A DNA stretch of 64,000 nt from an uncultured Planctomycetota bacterium (GTDB lineage Bacteria; Planctomycetota; Planctomycetia; Isosphaerales; Isosphaeraceae). The translations under genes were made by a program, and so were the position numbers. The first letter of the stretch is position 1. The number at the start of each line of letters is the position of its first letter. This document shows, piece by piece, positions 42,041-53,233 of the stretch. The stretch is from positions 192,001-256,000 of the forward strand of contig CAWGMQ010000011.1 in assembly GCA_963823665.1 (NCBI GenBank). The letters are read 5' to 3'. The notes beneath the pieces were generated by a model. It searched no databases. It had not been told where the DNA came from and saw only the letters and a list, made by a program, of their open reading frames with translations.

Positions 42041-43729
42041 GTGGCGAAGATCTTGGCCTACAGCGACGAGGCCCGACAGAAGCTGGCCAGTGGCGTGACG
42101 AAGCTGGCGCGGGCTGTCCGTTGCACGCTTGGCCCGCGCGGCCGGAACGCGGTGATTGATAAGGGTTGGGGCAGCCCCACCGTGACCAAGGACGGCGTGA
42201 CCGTGGCCGAGGAGATCGAGCTCACCGATCCGTACGAGAACATGGGTGCTCAGCTCGTGAAGGAGGCGGCGTCCAAAACTTCCGACGCAGCCGGGGACGG
42301 CACGACGACTGCGACTGTTCTGGCCGAGGCCATCTACAAGGAAGGGATCAAGACCCTTTCCGCCGGCGCCGACCCGATGGCGCTCAAGAGAGGGATCGAC
42401 GCGGCTGTAATCGCGCTGGTCGAGGAGATCAAGAAGCAATCCAAGAAAGTCTCCGGCAAGAAGGAGATCACCGAGGTTGCATCGATCGCCGCGAACAACG
42501 ACCGCTCGATCGGCGAGAAGCTAGCGGATGCCTTCGAGAAGGTCGGCACCGACGGCGTGATCACGGTCGAGGAAGGGAAGGCGTTCGAGACGACGGTCGA
42601 CGTTGTCGAAGGCATGCAGTTCGACCGCGGGTATTTGAGCCCTCATTTCGTCACCGACCAGGAGCGAATGGAAGTCGTCCTCGAAGATGTGTTCATCCTG
42701 ATTCACGAGGAAAAGGTCAGCTCGCCGACCAAGCTGATTCCGTTGCTCGAGAAGCTGGCGAAGTCGGGTAAGCCGCTGCTCATCATCGCCGAGGATATCG
42801 AAGGGGAAGCGCTGGCGACCCTGGTGGTGAACAAGCTGCGCGGGATTCTGAAGGTGGCGGCCGTGAAGGCGCCTGGTTATGGTGACCGCCGCAAGGCCAT
42901 GCTGGGCGATATTGCCGTGTTGACCGGCGGCAAGCCGATCTTCAAAGACCTGGGGATCGACCTGGAGAACATTCCGCTTTCCGACTTGGGCCGGGCCAAG
43001 AAGGTGACGATCGACAGCGAGAACACGACGATCGTGGAAGGGCACGGCACGGCGGCGGACATCAAGGGCCGCACCGAGATGATCCGCCGGGAGATCGGCG
43101 AGACCGACAGTGAATACGACCGCGAGAAGCTGCAAGAGCGGCTGGCGAAGCTGGCCGGGGGCATCGCCCAGATCAACGTCGGGGCGGCCACCGAGACCGA
43201 GATGAAAGAGCGGAAAGCATTGGTTGAAGACGCATTGCACGCCACTCGCGCGGCGATCGAGGAAGGCGTGGTTCCGGGAGGCGGCACCGCACTCATCCGC
43301 GCGGCCGCGGCCATCAACCTGAAGCTCCCGGGCGACGAGCAGTTCGGGGCGGACATCGTGAAGCGCGCCGCCGAGCAGCCCGCACGATACATCGCCGAGA
43401 ACGCGGGCATCGACGGAGCGGTTGTGGTAAACCGCATCAAGAAGAGCACCGATCCCAAGTTCGGGTATGACGCCGAGAGCGGGAAGTTCGGCGATATGTT
43501 TGCGGCTGGAATCGTGGATCCGACCAAGGTGACGCGATCGGCCCTCCAGAACGGCGCGTCCGTTGCCGGCTTGCTGCTCACGACCGAAGCCCTGGTGGCG
43601 GAACCTCCCAAGAAAAAGGAGCCAGCCGGCCATCACGATCCGCATCACGGTGGCGGTGGCATGGGTGGCATGGGTGGCATGGGTGGCATGGGCGGGATGG
43701 GTGGCATGGGAGACATGGGGATGATGTGA
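42041..43729 (+). CDS. groL: Chaperonin GroEL, copy 1, with GGM tail
   Basis: [45 protein letters not shown] with GTG start. Confidence 0.98.
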   Translation: MAKILAYSDEARQKLASGVTKLARAVRCTLGPRGRNAVIDKGWGSPTVTKDGVTVAEEIELTDPYENMGAQLVKEAASKTSDAAGDGTTTATVLAEAIYKEGIKTLSAGADPMALKRGIDAAVIALVEEIKKQSKKVSGKKEITEVASIAANNDRSIGEKLADAFEKVGTDGVITVEEGKAFETTVDVVEGMQFDRGYLSPHFVTDQERMEVVLEDVFILIHEEKVSSPTKLIPLLEKLAKSGKPLLIIAEDIEGEALATLVVNKLRGILKVAAVKAPGYGDRRKAMLGDIAVLTGGKPIFKDLGIDLENIPLSDLGRAKKVTIDSENTTIVEGHGTAADIKGRTEMIRREIGETDSEYDREKLQERLAKLAGGIAQINVGAATETEMKERKALVEDALHATRAAIEEGVVPGGGTALIRAAAAINLKLPGDEQFGADIVKRAAEQPARYIAENAGIDGAVVVNRIKKSTDPKFGYDAESGKFGDMFAAGIVDPTKVTRSALQNGASVAGLLLTTEALVAEPPKKKEPAGHHDPHHGGGGMGGMGGMGGMGGMGGMGDMGMM

Positions 43730-43833
43730 TTCTCCCAGGGTGGTGAGTAATTGTTGATTACGAGGATTCAAGGGCAGATGACATGCGGCCGCGGAGCCGC
43801 GGGGAATTCCAGAGAACGAAGGGCATTTACTCC

Positions 43834-44133
43834 ATGGCGAAGCAGACAATTCGTCCTCTCGAGGACCGTGTGGTGATTCAGCAGATTGAGGCCGAGGAGA
43901 AGACGGCTGGTGGTATTGTGCTTCCTGACACGGCGAAGGAGAAGCCGCAGCGTGGGAAGGTGCTGGCGGTGGGGCCGGGCAAGCTACTGGACTCGGGCGA
44001 TCGGGCACCGATCGGCGTTGTCGAGGGGGATGAAGTGCTGTTCGGGAAGTATTCGGGGACGGAGATCAAGGTCGACGGGCAGGAGATCAAGATCCTGCGG
44101 GAGTCGGACATCCTGGCGAAGATTTTGAAGTGA
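43834..44133 (+). CDS. groS: Co-chaperonin GroES
   Basis: [30 protein letters not shown]. Confidence 0.98.
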   Translation: MAKQTIRPLEDRVVIQQIEAEEKTAGGIVLPDTAKEKPQRGKVLAVGPGKLLDSGDRAPIGVVEGDEVLFGKYSGTEIKVDGQEIKILRESDILAKILK

Positions 44134-44182
44134 ACGGGAATGGCCGGCGGCGTTCGCTGCCGAGGGGCGGGTGACGCCCTTC

Positions 44183-44217
44183 ACCCCCCCTGGCCCCCCC
44201 TTTGCAAGGGGGGGAAA
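44183..44217. repeat. REP-like family 2 copy between groES and groEL2
   Basis: accccccctggccccccctttgcaagggggggaaa. Confidence 0.8.
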
Positions 44218-44335
44218 TGTGGGCGGGGGCTTTCGCTTGCGAGTGGCGGGTCGATCGGATCACTGGCGGGTGGCGTGGCGACCCGCTCAAAACAGGGGTT
44301 TGGTGGCATTTTTTTGATTAGTGGAGTAACCGTCC

Positions 44336-45962
44336 GTGCCTAAACAATTGCTTTTCTCTGAGACGGCTCGCCGCAAGATGATGGAAGGCGTCGACATTCT
44401 GGCGCACGCGGTGGGCTCGACGCTTGGCCCGACGGGCCGGAACGTCATTTTGAGCAAGTCGTTCGGTGGTCCGACCGTGACCAAGGACGGGGTGACCGTG
44501 TCCAAGGAGATCGAGCTGGCCGACCCGTTCGAGAACATGGGTGCGAAGCTGGTGAACGTGGTGGCGTCGAAGACTTCCGACGTAGCGGGCGATGGCACGA
44601 CCACGGCGACGATTCTGGCCCGCGCGATTTTTCGCGAGGGGCTCAAGAACATCACGTCGGGGGCCAATCCGACCGCGGTGCGCCGGGGGATCGAGAAGGC
44701 TGTCGAGGCCGCCGTCAGTGAGCTTTCGAGCAATGTGTCGCGGCCGGTGTCGAAGAAGGAGGAGATTGCCCAGGTCGGATCGATTTCGGCGAACAACGAT
44801 CCGACGATCGGGGCCATGCTTGCGGATGCGGTCGAGCGGGTTGGCCGGGATGGGGTGATCACGGTCGAGGAAGGGAAGACGGCGACGACGGTGCTCGAGT
44901 TTGTCGAGGGGATGCAGTTTGACAAGGGCTACGCGAGCCCGTATTTCGTGACCAACCCGACCACGATGGAGGTCGTATTCGAGGACCCGCTGATCTTGCT
45001 GCACGAGAAGAAGATCAGCAATCTCCGAGAAATGGTGCCTCTTCTCGAGAAGGTGGCGCAGACGGGCAGCCCGTTGCTCATCGTGGCCGAGGACGTGGAA
45101 GGGGAGGCGCTGGCGACTTTGGTGGTCAACAAGCTGCGCGGGGTGCTGAACGTGTGCACGGTCAAGGCGCCGGGGTTCGGCGATCGCCGCAAGGCGATGC
45201 TGGGCGACATGGCGGTGCTGACCGGAGGGACGGTGATCAGCGAGGATCTGGGGCTCAAGCTCGAGAATCTTCAGATCAGCCAGCTTGGGAAGGCCAAGCA
45301 GATCAAGGTGAACAAGGACAGCACGACGATCATTCAGGGTGCGGGCAAGAAGGCCGACATTCAGCGGCGGATCGACCAGCTTCGCCGGCAGATCGAGGAA
45401 ACCGAGAGCGAATACGATAAGGAGAAGTTCCAGGAGCGGCTTGCCAAGCTCTCCGGGGGCGTCGCCTTGATTCGCGTCGGTGCACCGACCGAACTCGACA
45501 TGAAGCAGACGAAGGCACGCATCGAAGATGCGCTGCACGCGACGAGGGCCGCGGCCGAGGAGGGGATTGTACCGGGGGGCGGAGTGGCGCTTCTGCGGGT
45601 GATTCCGGCCGTTGCCAAGCTTCACGACAGCTTGAGCGACGACGAGAGGATCGGATCGGCCATTATGCTTGCGGGCGCTCGAAGAGCCGGTGCGCTACAT
45701 CGCGGCCAACTCGGGCTATGACGGAGGCGTGGTTGCCGAAGAGGTGAAGTCGCGAACGGGGGCTGTCGGCTTTGACGCCAATTCCGGAGACTTTGTCGAC
45801 ATGTTCAAAGCGGGCATCGTCGATCCGACGAAGGTCACGCGGTCGGCCTTGCAGAATGCGGCGTCGATCGCGGGGCTGATGCTCACGACCGAAGCGATGA
45901 TCACCAGCATCAAGGATGACGAGAAGGAGACGGGAGGTCGGGTCGAGGGAGCGGTGAGGTGA
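44336..45962 (+). CDS. groL: Chaperonin GroEL, copy 2, no GGM tail; frameshift near 45670
   Basis: GroEL motifs in 44336..45721 continue as [22 protein letters not shown] in 45669..45962. Confidence 0.95.
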
Positions 45963-45981
45963 TCGATCCGGGGAGCGGCGC

Positions 45982-46106
45982 CCGCCCGTGCGGACCCCCC
46001 CTGGCCCCCCCTTCGTAAGGGGGGGAAAGATGGAGTGGCCCCGCTTTTCTGGGAGGGGCATCCGCCCGTGCGGACCCCCCCTGGCCCCCCTTCTTAAGGG
46101 GGGGAA
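45982..46106. repeat. Two tandem REP-like family 2 copies
   Basis: ccgcccgtgcggaccccccctggcccccc..aaggggggga at 45982 and 46062 (80-bp period). Confidence 0.85.
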
Positions 46107-46380
46107 GGGAATCGGTTAACCCAGTGCGCCGTCGCCCTCAGCGACCGCGCAGTGCCCGTCTCTTCAACCGGGGGTGCGGGTCTTCGAAGGGCGTCGTCGG
46201 GCGTGAGTTGAAGCGGGGTGACTGGAGCGTAATCCAGTCATCTCTGCATGGAGCCGGCGGATTCGATGTGACGAATGGCGGGCTTATGCTATTCTAGAAG
46301 AGGCCTGGACCGGCGTCTGACGCGGATTGCGCCGGCGAGAGAATGCTGCCGCTCCGCGTGCCTTAACCGATCGAGAAGCC

Positions 46381-47533
46381 ATGCCGATGGCCGTCACGAA
46401 GCGAGATTTTTACGAAGTGCTGGGGATTGTTCGCGAGGCCCCGGCGGACGAGATCAAGAAAGCCTATCGCCAGTTGGCCCTCAAGTTTCATCCGGACCGC
46501 AATCCGGGTGACGAGGAGGCGACACGGAAGTTCAAGGAAGCCGCCGAAGCGTACGAGATCCTCTCTGATCCCGAGAAGCGCAAACGGTACGACCGGTACG
46601 GGCACGCCGGACTGAACGGTACGGCGATGCACGATTTTCGCTCGACGGACGACATCATGTCGGCCTTCAGCGACATATTCGGCGGCGGGTTGTTCGGCGA
46701 TCTCTTCGGCGAGCGCCGGCGGGGGCCGAGGGCGGGCGCCGACCTGCTGATGAAGCTGGAGATCGAGCTGGTTGAGGCGGCGCGGGACGACCCGCACGAT
46801 CGAGGTGACCCGGCAAGAGTTTTGCGGCGAGTGTCGTGGATCAGGCGCGAGGAAAGGGACATCGCCGACGACGTGCAACTACTGCGGAGGCCGGGGTCAA
46901 ATCGTTCAGGCCAGGGGGTTCTTCCAGGTGGCGACCACGTGCCCGGCATGCGGCGGCGAAGGCGCTCGGATCACCGATCCTTGCGGTCAATGTCGCGGGG
47001 CGGGACGAATTCCGAACACGGTGCAGCTTCCGGTGCCCGTGCCGCCCGGCGTCGAGAGCGGAATGTGGCTGCAACTGCGAAATCAGGGCGAGCTGGGAGA
47101 CGTGGGGGGACAACGAGGTAATTTACGTATTCAGATTGTGGTGAAGAAGCATCCATTCTTCGAGCGGCGTCGGAACGATTTGATTTGCCAGGTGCCGATC
47201 AGTTTTGCGCAGGCCGCTCTGGGGGCGGTGATCGAGGTACCGACCCTGGACGGACCTGAGGATCTGGAGATTCCGCGGGGGACGCAGAGTGGGGAGACGC
47301 TGCGGATTCGTGGGCGTGGGATGCCTGATATTGGTGGTCGAGCGCGGGGCGATGAGCTTGTGGAGGTGAGCGTGGAGACGCCGAAGCATTTGACTGCGCG
47401 TCAGGAGGAGCTGTTGCGAGAATTCGCCGACATCGAGCACGAGCAGGTGAGCCCGCGGCGCCGGAGTTTCTTCGACAAGCTGCGTGATTATTTCACAGAA
47501 GAGGTTGAGCCTGGAGGCGAGGACGAGTCTTGA
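46381..47533 (+). CDS. dnaJ: Chaperone DnaJ; frameshift near 46785
   Basis: J domain with HPD; four CxxCxGxG repeats; [10 protein letters not shown]. Confidence 0.96.
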
Positions 47534-47585
47534 GTGGATCGGCATTGTTCACCGGAGGATTTGAACGAGGCAGGAGTGGGGGACT

Positions 47586-48191
47586 ATGAGCGAGAAGTCG
47601 CGAGGCGCACACAATTCGGCAGCAGCGGGCGCGGATGCCGCGGTCGATTCAGAAATCGACGATGTTTCCAGGGCCGGTGGTGGGTCAAGCGCCGGAGCGA
47701 AAGGGAATTCGGGTGCGGAAGCGGGCGTCGTCGAGTCGGCGGCGCAGATCAAGCAGGAGCGCGACGAGTATAAAGAGCAGGTGCTACGGGTGCGGGCGGA
47801 GTTTGCGAACTATCAGAAGCGGGCCAAGCAGCAGGCGGAGTCGGATCGAGAGTACGCGATCGGAACGCTGGCGCGGGACCTGCTCGAGCCGCTGGACAAC
47901 CTGGATCGAGCGATCGAGGTACTGCGGGCGTCGGGCGCGGAGGGTGTGACGGCGGGGCTGGACATGGTTACGCGGCAGTTGCACGAGATCCTGGCCAAGC
48001 ATGGCGTGGCGCCGATCGAGGCTCAAGGGCGTCCGTTCGATCCAAACCTTCACGATGCGGTGATCCATCAGCCGTCGCGGGAGCACCCGGAAGGGACCGT
48101 AGTCTCCGAGCTTTCGAAAGGCTATACCATCCGCGAGCGGGTGCTGCGCCCGAGCAAGGTGGCGGTTTCGGCAAAGCCGCCCGCGGAATGA
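47586..48191 (+). CDS. grpE: Nucleotide exchange factor GrpE
   Basis: RAEFANYQKR, FDPNLHDAV, GYTIRERVLRP. Confidence 0.96.
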   Translation: MSEKSRGAHNSAAAGADAAVDSEIDDVSRAGGGSSAGAKGNSGAEAGVVESAAQIKQERDEYKEQVLRVRAEFANYQKRAKQQAESDREYAIGTLARDLLEPLDNLDRAIEVLRASGAEGVTAGLDMVTRQLHEILAKHGVAPIEAQGRPFDPNLHDAVIHQPSREHPEGTVVSELSKGYTIRERVLRPSKVAVSAKPPAE

Positions 48192-48283
48192 TCAACGAAC
48201 TCGGCGGCTGCGTTGGCTCGCCTGAGGGCTTTCTTGAGAGCGGTGCATGCGAGGGCATGCCAACCAAGTGAGCGCAACTAATT

Positions 48284-48625
48284 ATGCCGACGTATGACTA
48301 CATCTGCGATGCCTGCGGGCACGAGTTCGAGATTTTCGAGCCGATCACCTCAACGCCGCGGACAGATTGTCCAGAGTGCAAGGAGATCAAGCTGCGAAGA
48401 AAGATTGGTGCCGGAGCGGCGATCATTTTCAAGGGGTCTGGTTTCTACCAGACCGACTACCGCAGCGAGTCTTACAAGAAAGCCGCGCAGGCCGACAAGA
48501 CCGCGAGCGAGCCAGCCAAGGGAGCAGGCGATTCGAATACCAGCTCGAGCTCGAAGCCGGCAGAGTCAACGGGCACAGCGAAGAGCGAGCCTGCGAAGCC
48601 GAGTCCTGCGCCCAAGGGGGACTGA
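48284..48625 (+). CDS. FmdB-family zinc-ribbon protein
   Basis: MPTYDYICDACGHEFE..CPEC..FKGSGFYQTDY. Confidence 0.92.
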   Translation: MPTYDYICDACGHEFEIFEPITSTPRTDCPECKEIKLRRKIGAGAAIIFKGSGFYQTDYRSESYKKAAQADKTASEPAKGAGDSNTSSSSKPAESTGTAKSEPAKPSPAPKGD

Positions 48626-48628
48626 CTC

Positions 48629-48865
48629 ATGATGAAGGTGACCTGCCCTGTTTGTTCGAAGACGCTGCAGATCGAAAAGATGCAAGATCTTCCTTCGTTT
48701 CCGTTCTGTAGCGATCGCTGCAGATTGGTCGATCTGGGCCGGTGGATTGACGGGGCTTATGCGATACCGGGTCGGGAGGCGGGCAAGCCCGGCGGTGGTG
48801 GGCCGGGTGAGGCGCACGACGGCAACGGGGTGGCTGCGATTGAGGAGGACGACGCGGAGGATTAG
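48629..48865 (+). CDS. yacG: DNA gyrase inhibitor YacG
   Basis: [23 protein letters not shown]. Confidence 0.9.
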   Translation: MMKVTCPVCSKTLQIEKMQDLPSFPFCSDRCRLVDLGRWIDGAYAIPGREAGKPGGGGPGEAHDGNGVAAIEEDDAED

Positions 48866-50103
48866 GCCTGGCCAAGTTCGCGATCGGCGCGGTGGAGGAG
48901 CTCGACGACCTGGAGGCCGTGGGGGCAGGCGGCCTGGGCGGCGGCGAGATCGGCGGTGGCGAGGTTGCGGGCGTCGGGGCTCAAGGCTTGGTAGAGCTCG
49001 CGGGCTCGCTGGCGCTTGCCGTAAACCTCGTGGTAGCGGAGGTAGCGCATGATGTCAGCGACGGCGACTCCGCCGGAGGCCGGCTCGCAGTTGTGGCCGC
49101 AGCCGTGGCAGTAGAGGTGTGCGGTGGCCAGGCGGTATTCTTCGAGGAGCTTCTGGTCGCGTTGGCTCAGGGCGTGGTCGCGGCTGGCGGCCATGTTCTG
49201 TTTGAGCATGTCGCGATTGGTCATCTCGCTGACAATGCAATGAACTCGCTCGTCGGAGAAGACGGTCTTGATTGCAGACGCATGCTTGTCCAATCCCTTG
49301 TCCATGAATTCCTTGAACTTCGGAGCAGCGCCGGCTTCTCTGAAGTCGCCGGCACCGCCCTGAGTTTTCATGGCGACGATGGCGAGCTTCGCTTTGGCGG
49401 CGGCGTCCAAGGCGCGACGGACCGCGTCGGTGCCCATCGTGCGATAGTTGTACTGGATCATGATCTGATCCGTCCAGCCGTTTTCAGCCGCGGCGGTGAC
49501 GATCTCCGGGAGGCTTCGATCGTGACACGAGAGCCCGCAGAATTTGATTTTGCCCGATTTCTTGAGCTTCTCGAAGGCGGCCTTGACGTCGGGATCGGAG
49601 AGGAGCTTGATCTCGCGGCCGCCGACACCGTGAAGGTAGTAGCAGTCGACATAGTCCGTTTTCAGACGCTCGAGGCTTGCGTTCAGCCGCTTCTCGTATG
49701 CCTCGAACGCGCCGGGCCCACCGACTTTCGAGCGGCCGTTTTTGGTGACGAGGTAAACATCCTTCCGCATCCCTGTTCGTTCGAGTACCTTGCCGATTGT
49801 CAGCTCGCAGTTGCCGCCTTCGTAGTTCTCGGACGTGTCGATATAACGAACGCCAGCGAAGATGGCAGCCTGGACGAAGCTCTCCTGGAGCACCCAGCTC
49901 GTGCCCATTCCGAGCACGGAGACCTTTCGTCCGGTTTTGCCGAGCGTGATCTCAGGGAGGCCCTGCTGTGGCTTCTCGGGCTCTTGAGCCCGGGTCGACA
50001 TGCAGGGTGCCACAGCCGCAGCGGCACCGCCGGCGGCGGCCGATTTCAGGAACGCACGCCGGTTATCAACATCGCCAGAACCACTGCGAGTGTCCGCCGC
50101 CAT
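48862..50103 (-). CDS. Aldo/keto reductase with Tat signal and C-terminal Cys cluster
   Basis: [38 protein letters not shown]. Confidence 0.9.
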   Translation of the reverse strand: MAADTRSGSGDVDNRRAFLKSAAAGGAAAAVAPCMSTRAQEPEKPQQGLPEITLGKTGRKVSVLGMGTSWVLQESFVQAAIFAGVRYIDTSENYEGGNCELTIGKVLERTGMRKDVYLVTKNGRSKVGGPGAFEAYEKRLNASLERLKTDYVDCYYLHGVGGREIKLLSDPDVKAAFEKLKKSGKIKFCGLSCHDRSLPEIVTAAAENGWTDQIMIQYNYRTMGTDAVRRALDAAAKAKLAIVAMKTQGGAGDFREAGAAPKFKEFMDKGLDKHASAIKTVFSDERVHCIVSEMTNRDMLKQNMAASRDHALSQRDQKLLEEYRLATAHLYCHGCGHNCEPASGGVAVADIMRYLRYHEVYGKRQRARELYQALSPDARNLATADLAAAQAACPHGLQVVELLHRADRELGQA

Positions 50104-50251
50104 AGGTGTGTTCCCCTCGAAGTCGAGAACGGGCTAGAGAGGGCGTCTCGGCACATGCGAGCGCACCTGGGCTCTCTACGCTCGGTCGCCTAATATTGTT
50201 GTGATGGGGTTTGGCGATGGTCAACAAAGATTTGACGAATTTGAACCGAGG

Positions 50252-52768
50252 TCAATTCTGTGGCAGCGGAGGCAGGTCGATCGGCGGCAGCTCGGGAAGG
50301 TCGTCCGCGGCCGGGGCGCTGCGACTGCCGGCGCCGGCAGCGGACGTGGTCGTTTGTGGCGGGGCCGTTTGCGTGCGCACCGGATTCGCCAGGGAGCCGC
50401 CGCCTGGATTGGGCGAAACCGAGGGTCGTCCCAGTGATTCCGCGACGCTTGATCGCCCCATTCCGGGGACAGTCGGGTCGATGAGCGAAGCCGTTCGCGC
50501 TGTGTTCGGAGAGCCGGGCGGGCCGCCGGTCAGCCGGACGTCGGCGGCGGCACCGGCACCCTGCGGCGGCTGTGCTGCTGCCCTGGCTCCGGCGCCGGCT
50601 CCGGGCTGGGTCTGGGAGAGGGTTGGCAGGATGTGTGCCGGACTGTATGGGGGCAGCGGCGAGGGGTCAGGTCCGAGTGGGCCGGCGGGCGCTGGTAGGG
50701 GCGGACCTTCGGGGGCCCCAACGCCCGGAGGCGCCTGGGGATCGACTGGATCAGGGTTAAGCGGGCCGACTTGTCGCTGGGGAACCTGGGGACCGTCTTG
50801 GCCGAAGATGCTGATCCGGCGATGGGCGCCCTGGATGTCGGCGGCCTGCCTGTAGGCCTTGGCCGGATGCGGCCCTTCGGCGACGGCGATATTGTCGTAA
50901 GCGAGCAGGGTTCCCTTCGCTTCTTCGAGGGCGACGATCGAGATGTTGTAAGTGGTCTTGTACTGGGCTTCGGTGGCAACGGCCGTGGCGTACTGGCTGA
51001 CCGCATCCAGGAAGCGGTCGATGGTGATCCGGCCTTCCTCGTAGTAGGCACGCTGTGATTCGAGCCGAAGCGCGGCGGCGGCCCGGAGCCGAGAGGCTGT
51101 TTTGAATTGCTTGTAGTTGGCGTCGATCTCCAGGAAGAATCGAGCGAGAGAATGGGTGGTCTGGTGGACAATTTGTTGCATATAAGCACGTGCTCGCAGC
51201 AAGGCATACTGCGCGGACCGGGTGTTGGCGAGTGGCGCCCGCATGCCGATCGGGACCTGGAAGGTCAAGCCGATCTGCCATTGCGTGAAGTTGCTGTAGT
51301 TGCCGGGCTGCGAGTTGAGGCCGGCTTCGCGCTGGAGGTTAGCGATGACCGGGTTCAAGGCCTTCAAGGTGGCTCCGGTCATGGTCGCCTCGGCGGAGTC
51401 GAGCTGCTGGCCCAAGCCGTTGAGCTGATAGAGGGCTTGCAAGCTCAACTGCGGAAGCAACTGATTTCGTGCGATCAGGAGCTGGAGCTCGGCGACGCGG
51501 ACCAGGAGTTGCTGCTGCACGATGTCGGGCTGGAAGTTGAGCATCTGGGCGAGGCTGCTTTCCCAATCGGGCTCGAGGCGAGCTTCGGTTGGGGGTGTGA
51601 CGGGAATGATGCGCCGATTGTCAGCTGGGGGGAGGCCGAGGATGTTGCGGAGCTGTCGCTCGGTGGTGATGACGTCGGAGGTTCGGGTGACCAGGTCGAG
51701 ATTGAACTGTTCGAGCCGCTGGGCGGCTTCAGCGACATCGGCGATGGTACCGCGGCCGACGACGAGCTCGGCTTGCTCGCGGTTCAAGATTTCTTGAGCG
51801 AGGCTGACGGCGCGGTCGGAGCTCCAGAGCTGGACGTGGGCCTGGGCGAGGTTCCAGTACTGCTGCTCGACGGAGCGAACGTGGGCCATCACCTCAGCCT
51901 TGAATCGCCAGACTGCTGCGTCGGCGTTCAATCGCTGAATGACGATGTTGGCGCGATTGGCTTCGAGGCCGACGGGTCTGGGGGTGGCCTGTCCCGGAAG
52001 AGGGGCAGAGCCCAAGAGGGGCTGAGTCAAGGTGAGCTGAAGATTGGTGGTATAGGCCGAGGGCCAGACGAGGAACGAGCTGTTCTGGTAGGACCAGGCG
52101 ACGTTGTGGACGATGCCGATCGTGCCACCGTACTCGGTTTGCTTCGAGAGTCCGGCCTGAAAACTGAGCGAATCGTTGACCGAGATGATGGGGAACTTGG
52201 TTCCGGTCAAGGAGAGCGATCCGCCCTGCACACCGTTGTTGAAGGGCTGAACGGTATCACCCCAGAGGACGCTGGTGGTGAAGGCGGTGTCGAACTGGGA
52301 GAGTGCCGAGGCGATCTGGGTTTCCTGGATGGCCGGGTCATACACCGATTGGAGCGTGCCGGCACCGAGGGAGCTGGCGACACCAGCCGAGGCACCGGTG
52401 TTCAAGGGGGTGGGCTCGAAGCCGCCGATGGGGATGCCCTGAGCGCCGAAGGCGATGACGCGGACGATTTCGGAATTATCCAGACCGATGCGGATGGCCT
52501 CCTGCAGCTTGAGCGGCCAGATCTCCTGCGCCTCGGGGTCATTCGTCGTGCGCGGCTTGGAGAGCCTCGGCACCTGGAGGGGCATGGTCGCGCTCAGGAG
52601 ATCGGCCCTCTTGATCTCCTTGTCCTCGAGCGCGACGCGCCCGAGATTGTCATGCGGGACAGGCTTGGCCTGATCGAGGTAGGGGAGCCTCTGGCACCCG
52701 GATGAGATCATCCAGGCCGCAAGCACCGCTACCTGAATCGACCGATTCCTGCATTGGCTCAATCGCAT
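50252..52768 (-). CDS. TolC-family outer-membrane protein (lipoprotein, Pro-rich tail)
   Basis: ISSGC lipobox; LQEAIRIGLDN, VEQQYWNL, ARNQLLPQL. Confidence 0.85.
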   Translation of the reverse strand: MRLSQCRNRSIQVAVLAAWMISSGCQRLPYLDQAKPVPHDNLGRVALEDKEIKRADLLSATMPLQVPRLSKPRTTNDPEAQEIWPLKLQEAIRIGLDNSEIVRVIAFGAQGIPIGGFEPTPLNTGASAGVASSLGAGTLQSVYDPAIQETQIASALSQFDTAFTTSVLWGDTVQPFNNGVQGGSLSLTGTKFPIISVNDSLSFQAGLSKQTEYGGTIGIVHNVAWSYQNSSFLVWPSAYTTNLQLTLTQPLLGSAPLPGQATPRPVGLEANRANIVIQRLNADAAVWRFKAEVMAHVRSVEQQYWNLAQAHVQLWSSDRAVSLAQEILNREQAELVVGRGTIADVAEAAQRLEQFNLDLVTRTSDVITTERQLRNILGLPPADNRRIIPVTPPTEARLEPDWESSLAQMLNFQPDIVQQQLLVRVAELQLLIARNQLLPQLSLQALYQLNGLGQQLDSAEATMTGATLKALNPVIANLQREAGLNSQPGNYSNFTQWQIGLTFQVPIGMRAPLANTRSAQYALLRARAYMQQIVHQTTHSLARFFLEIDANYKQFKTASRLRAAAALRLESQRAYYEEGRITIDRFLDAVSQYATAVATEAQYKTTYNISIVALEEAKGTLLAYDNIAVAEGPHPAKAYRQAADIQGAHRRISIFGQDGPQVPQRQVGPLNPDPVDPQAPPGVGAPEGPPLPAPAGPLGPDPSPLPPYSPAHILPTLSQTQPGAGAGARAAAQPPQGAGAAADVRLTGGPPGSPNTARTASLIDPTVPGMGRSSVAESLGRPSVSPNPGGGSLANPVRTQTAPPQTTTSAAGAGSRSAPAADDLPELPPIDLPPLPQN

Positions 52769-53233
52769 GGCCAGCCGTCCTTGACTAAGATCGCCATGTG
52801 ACGATGTGTTCGATCCGTGGCACCCGCCGCGCCATCCTTGGCTTGGCTTCGAGTTTTTGCCACCCACTTCGCGATGCCGGGGCTCTAAGTGCCCCGGCTC
52901 TGGTCTCACGGCGGGAGAGTCTGACATGCCGCAAGGATCTCGTCTCAAACAGAAAGGTCTTTGTCCGGGCACCCGTACCGGGCACCGCACTTTTTCGAGT
53001 CAACCGGGTGGCGCAGGCGCCTTCGTTGGGTCTACGCGATCGACTCGTCGGATTGAATCGGACTTTAACGACGTGCGACTTGAAGCGATCGGGCGGATTT
53101 TATCGATTTTGTCGATTTTGCTCCGGCAGAGGCGGAGCGGCGCCCGCAGGTTGAATACCATGTTGGGAGCGGACCGGCAAGCTCAGAGGGCCCAGAAATT
53201 GGGCGATGGCTCGGTGCGGAGGATGTGGTTCAG

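Noticed and set aside
43650..43726. ATGGGTGGC tandem repeat as a novel element
   Set aside because: Standard GroEL GGM tail
42521..45625. Long antisense ORFs over groEL (also 2558..4039, 48892..50193, 51107..52705, 53225..54943)
   Set aside because: Shadow ORFs expected in high-GC DNA opposite well-supported genes
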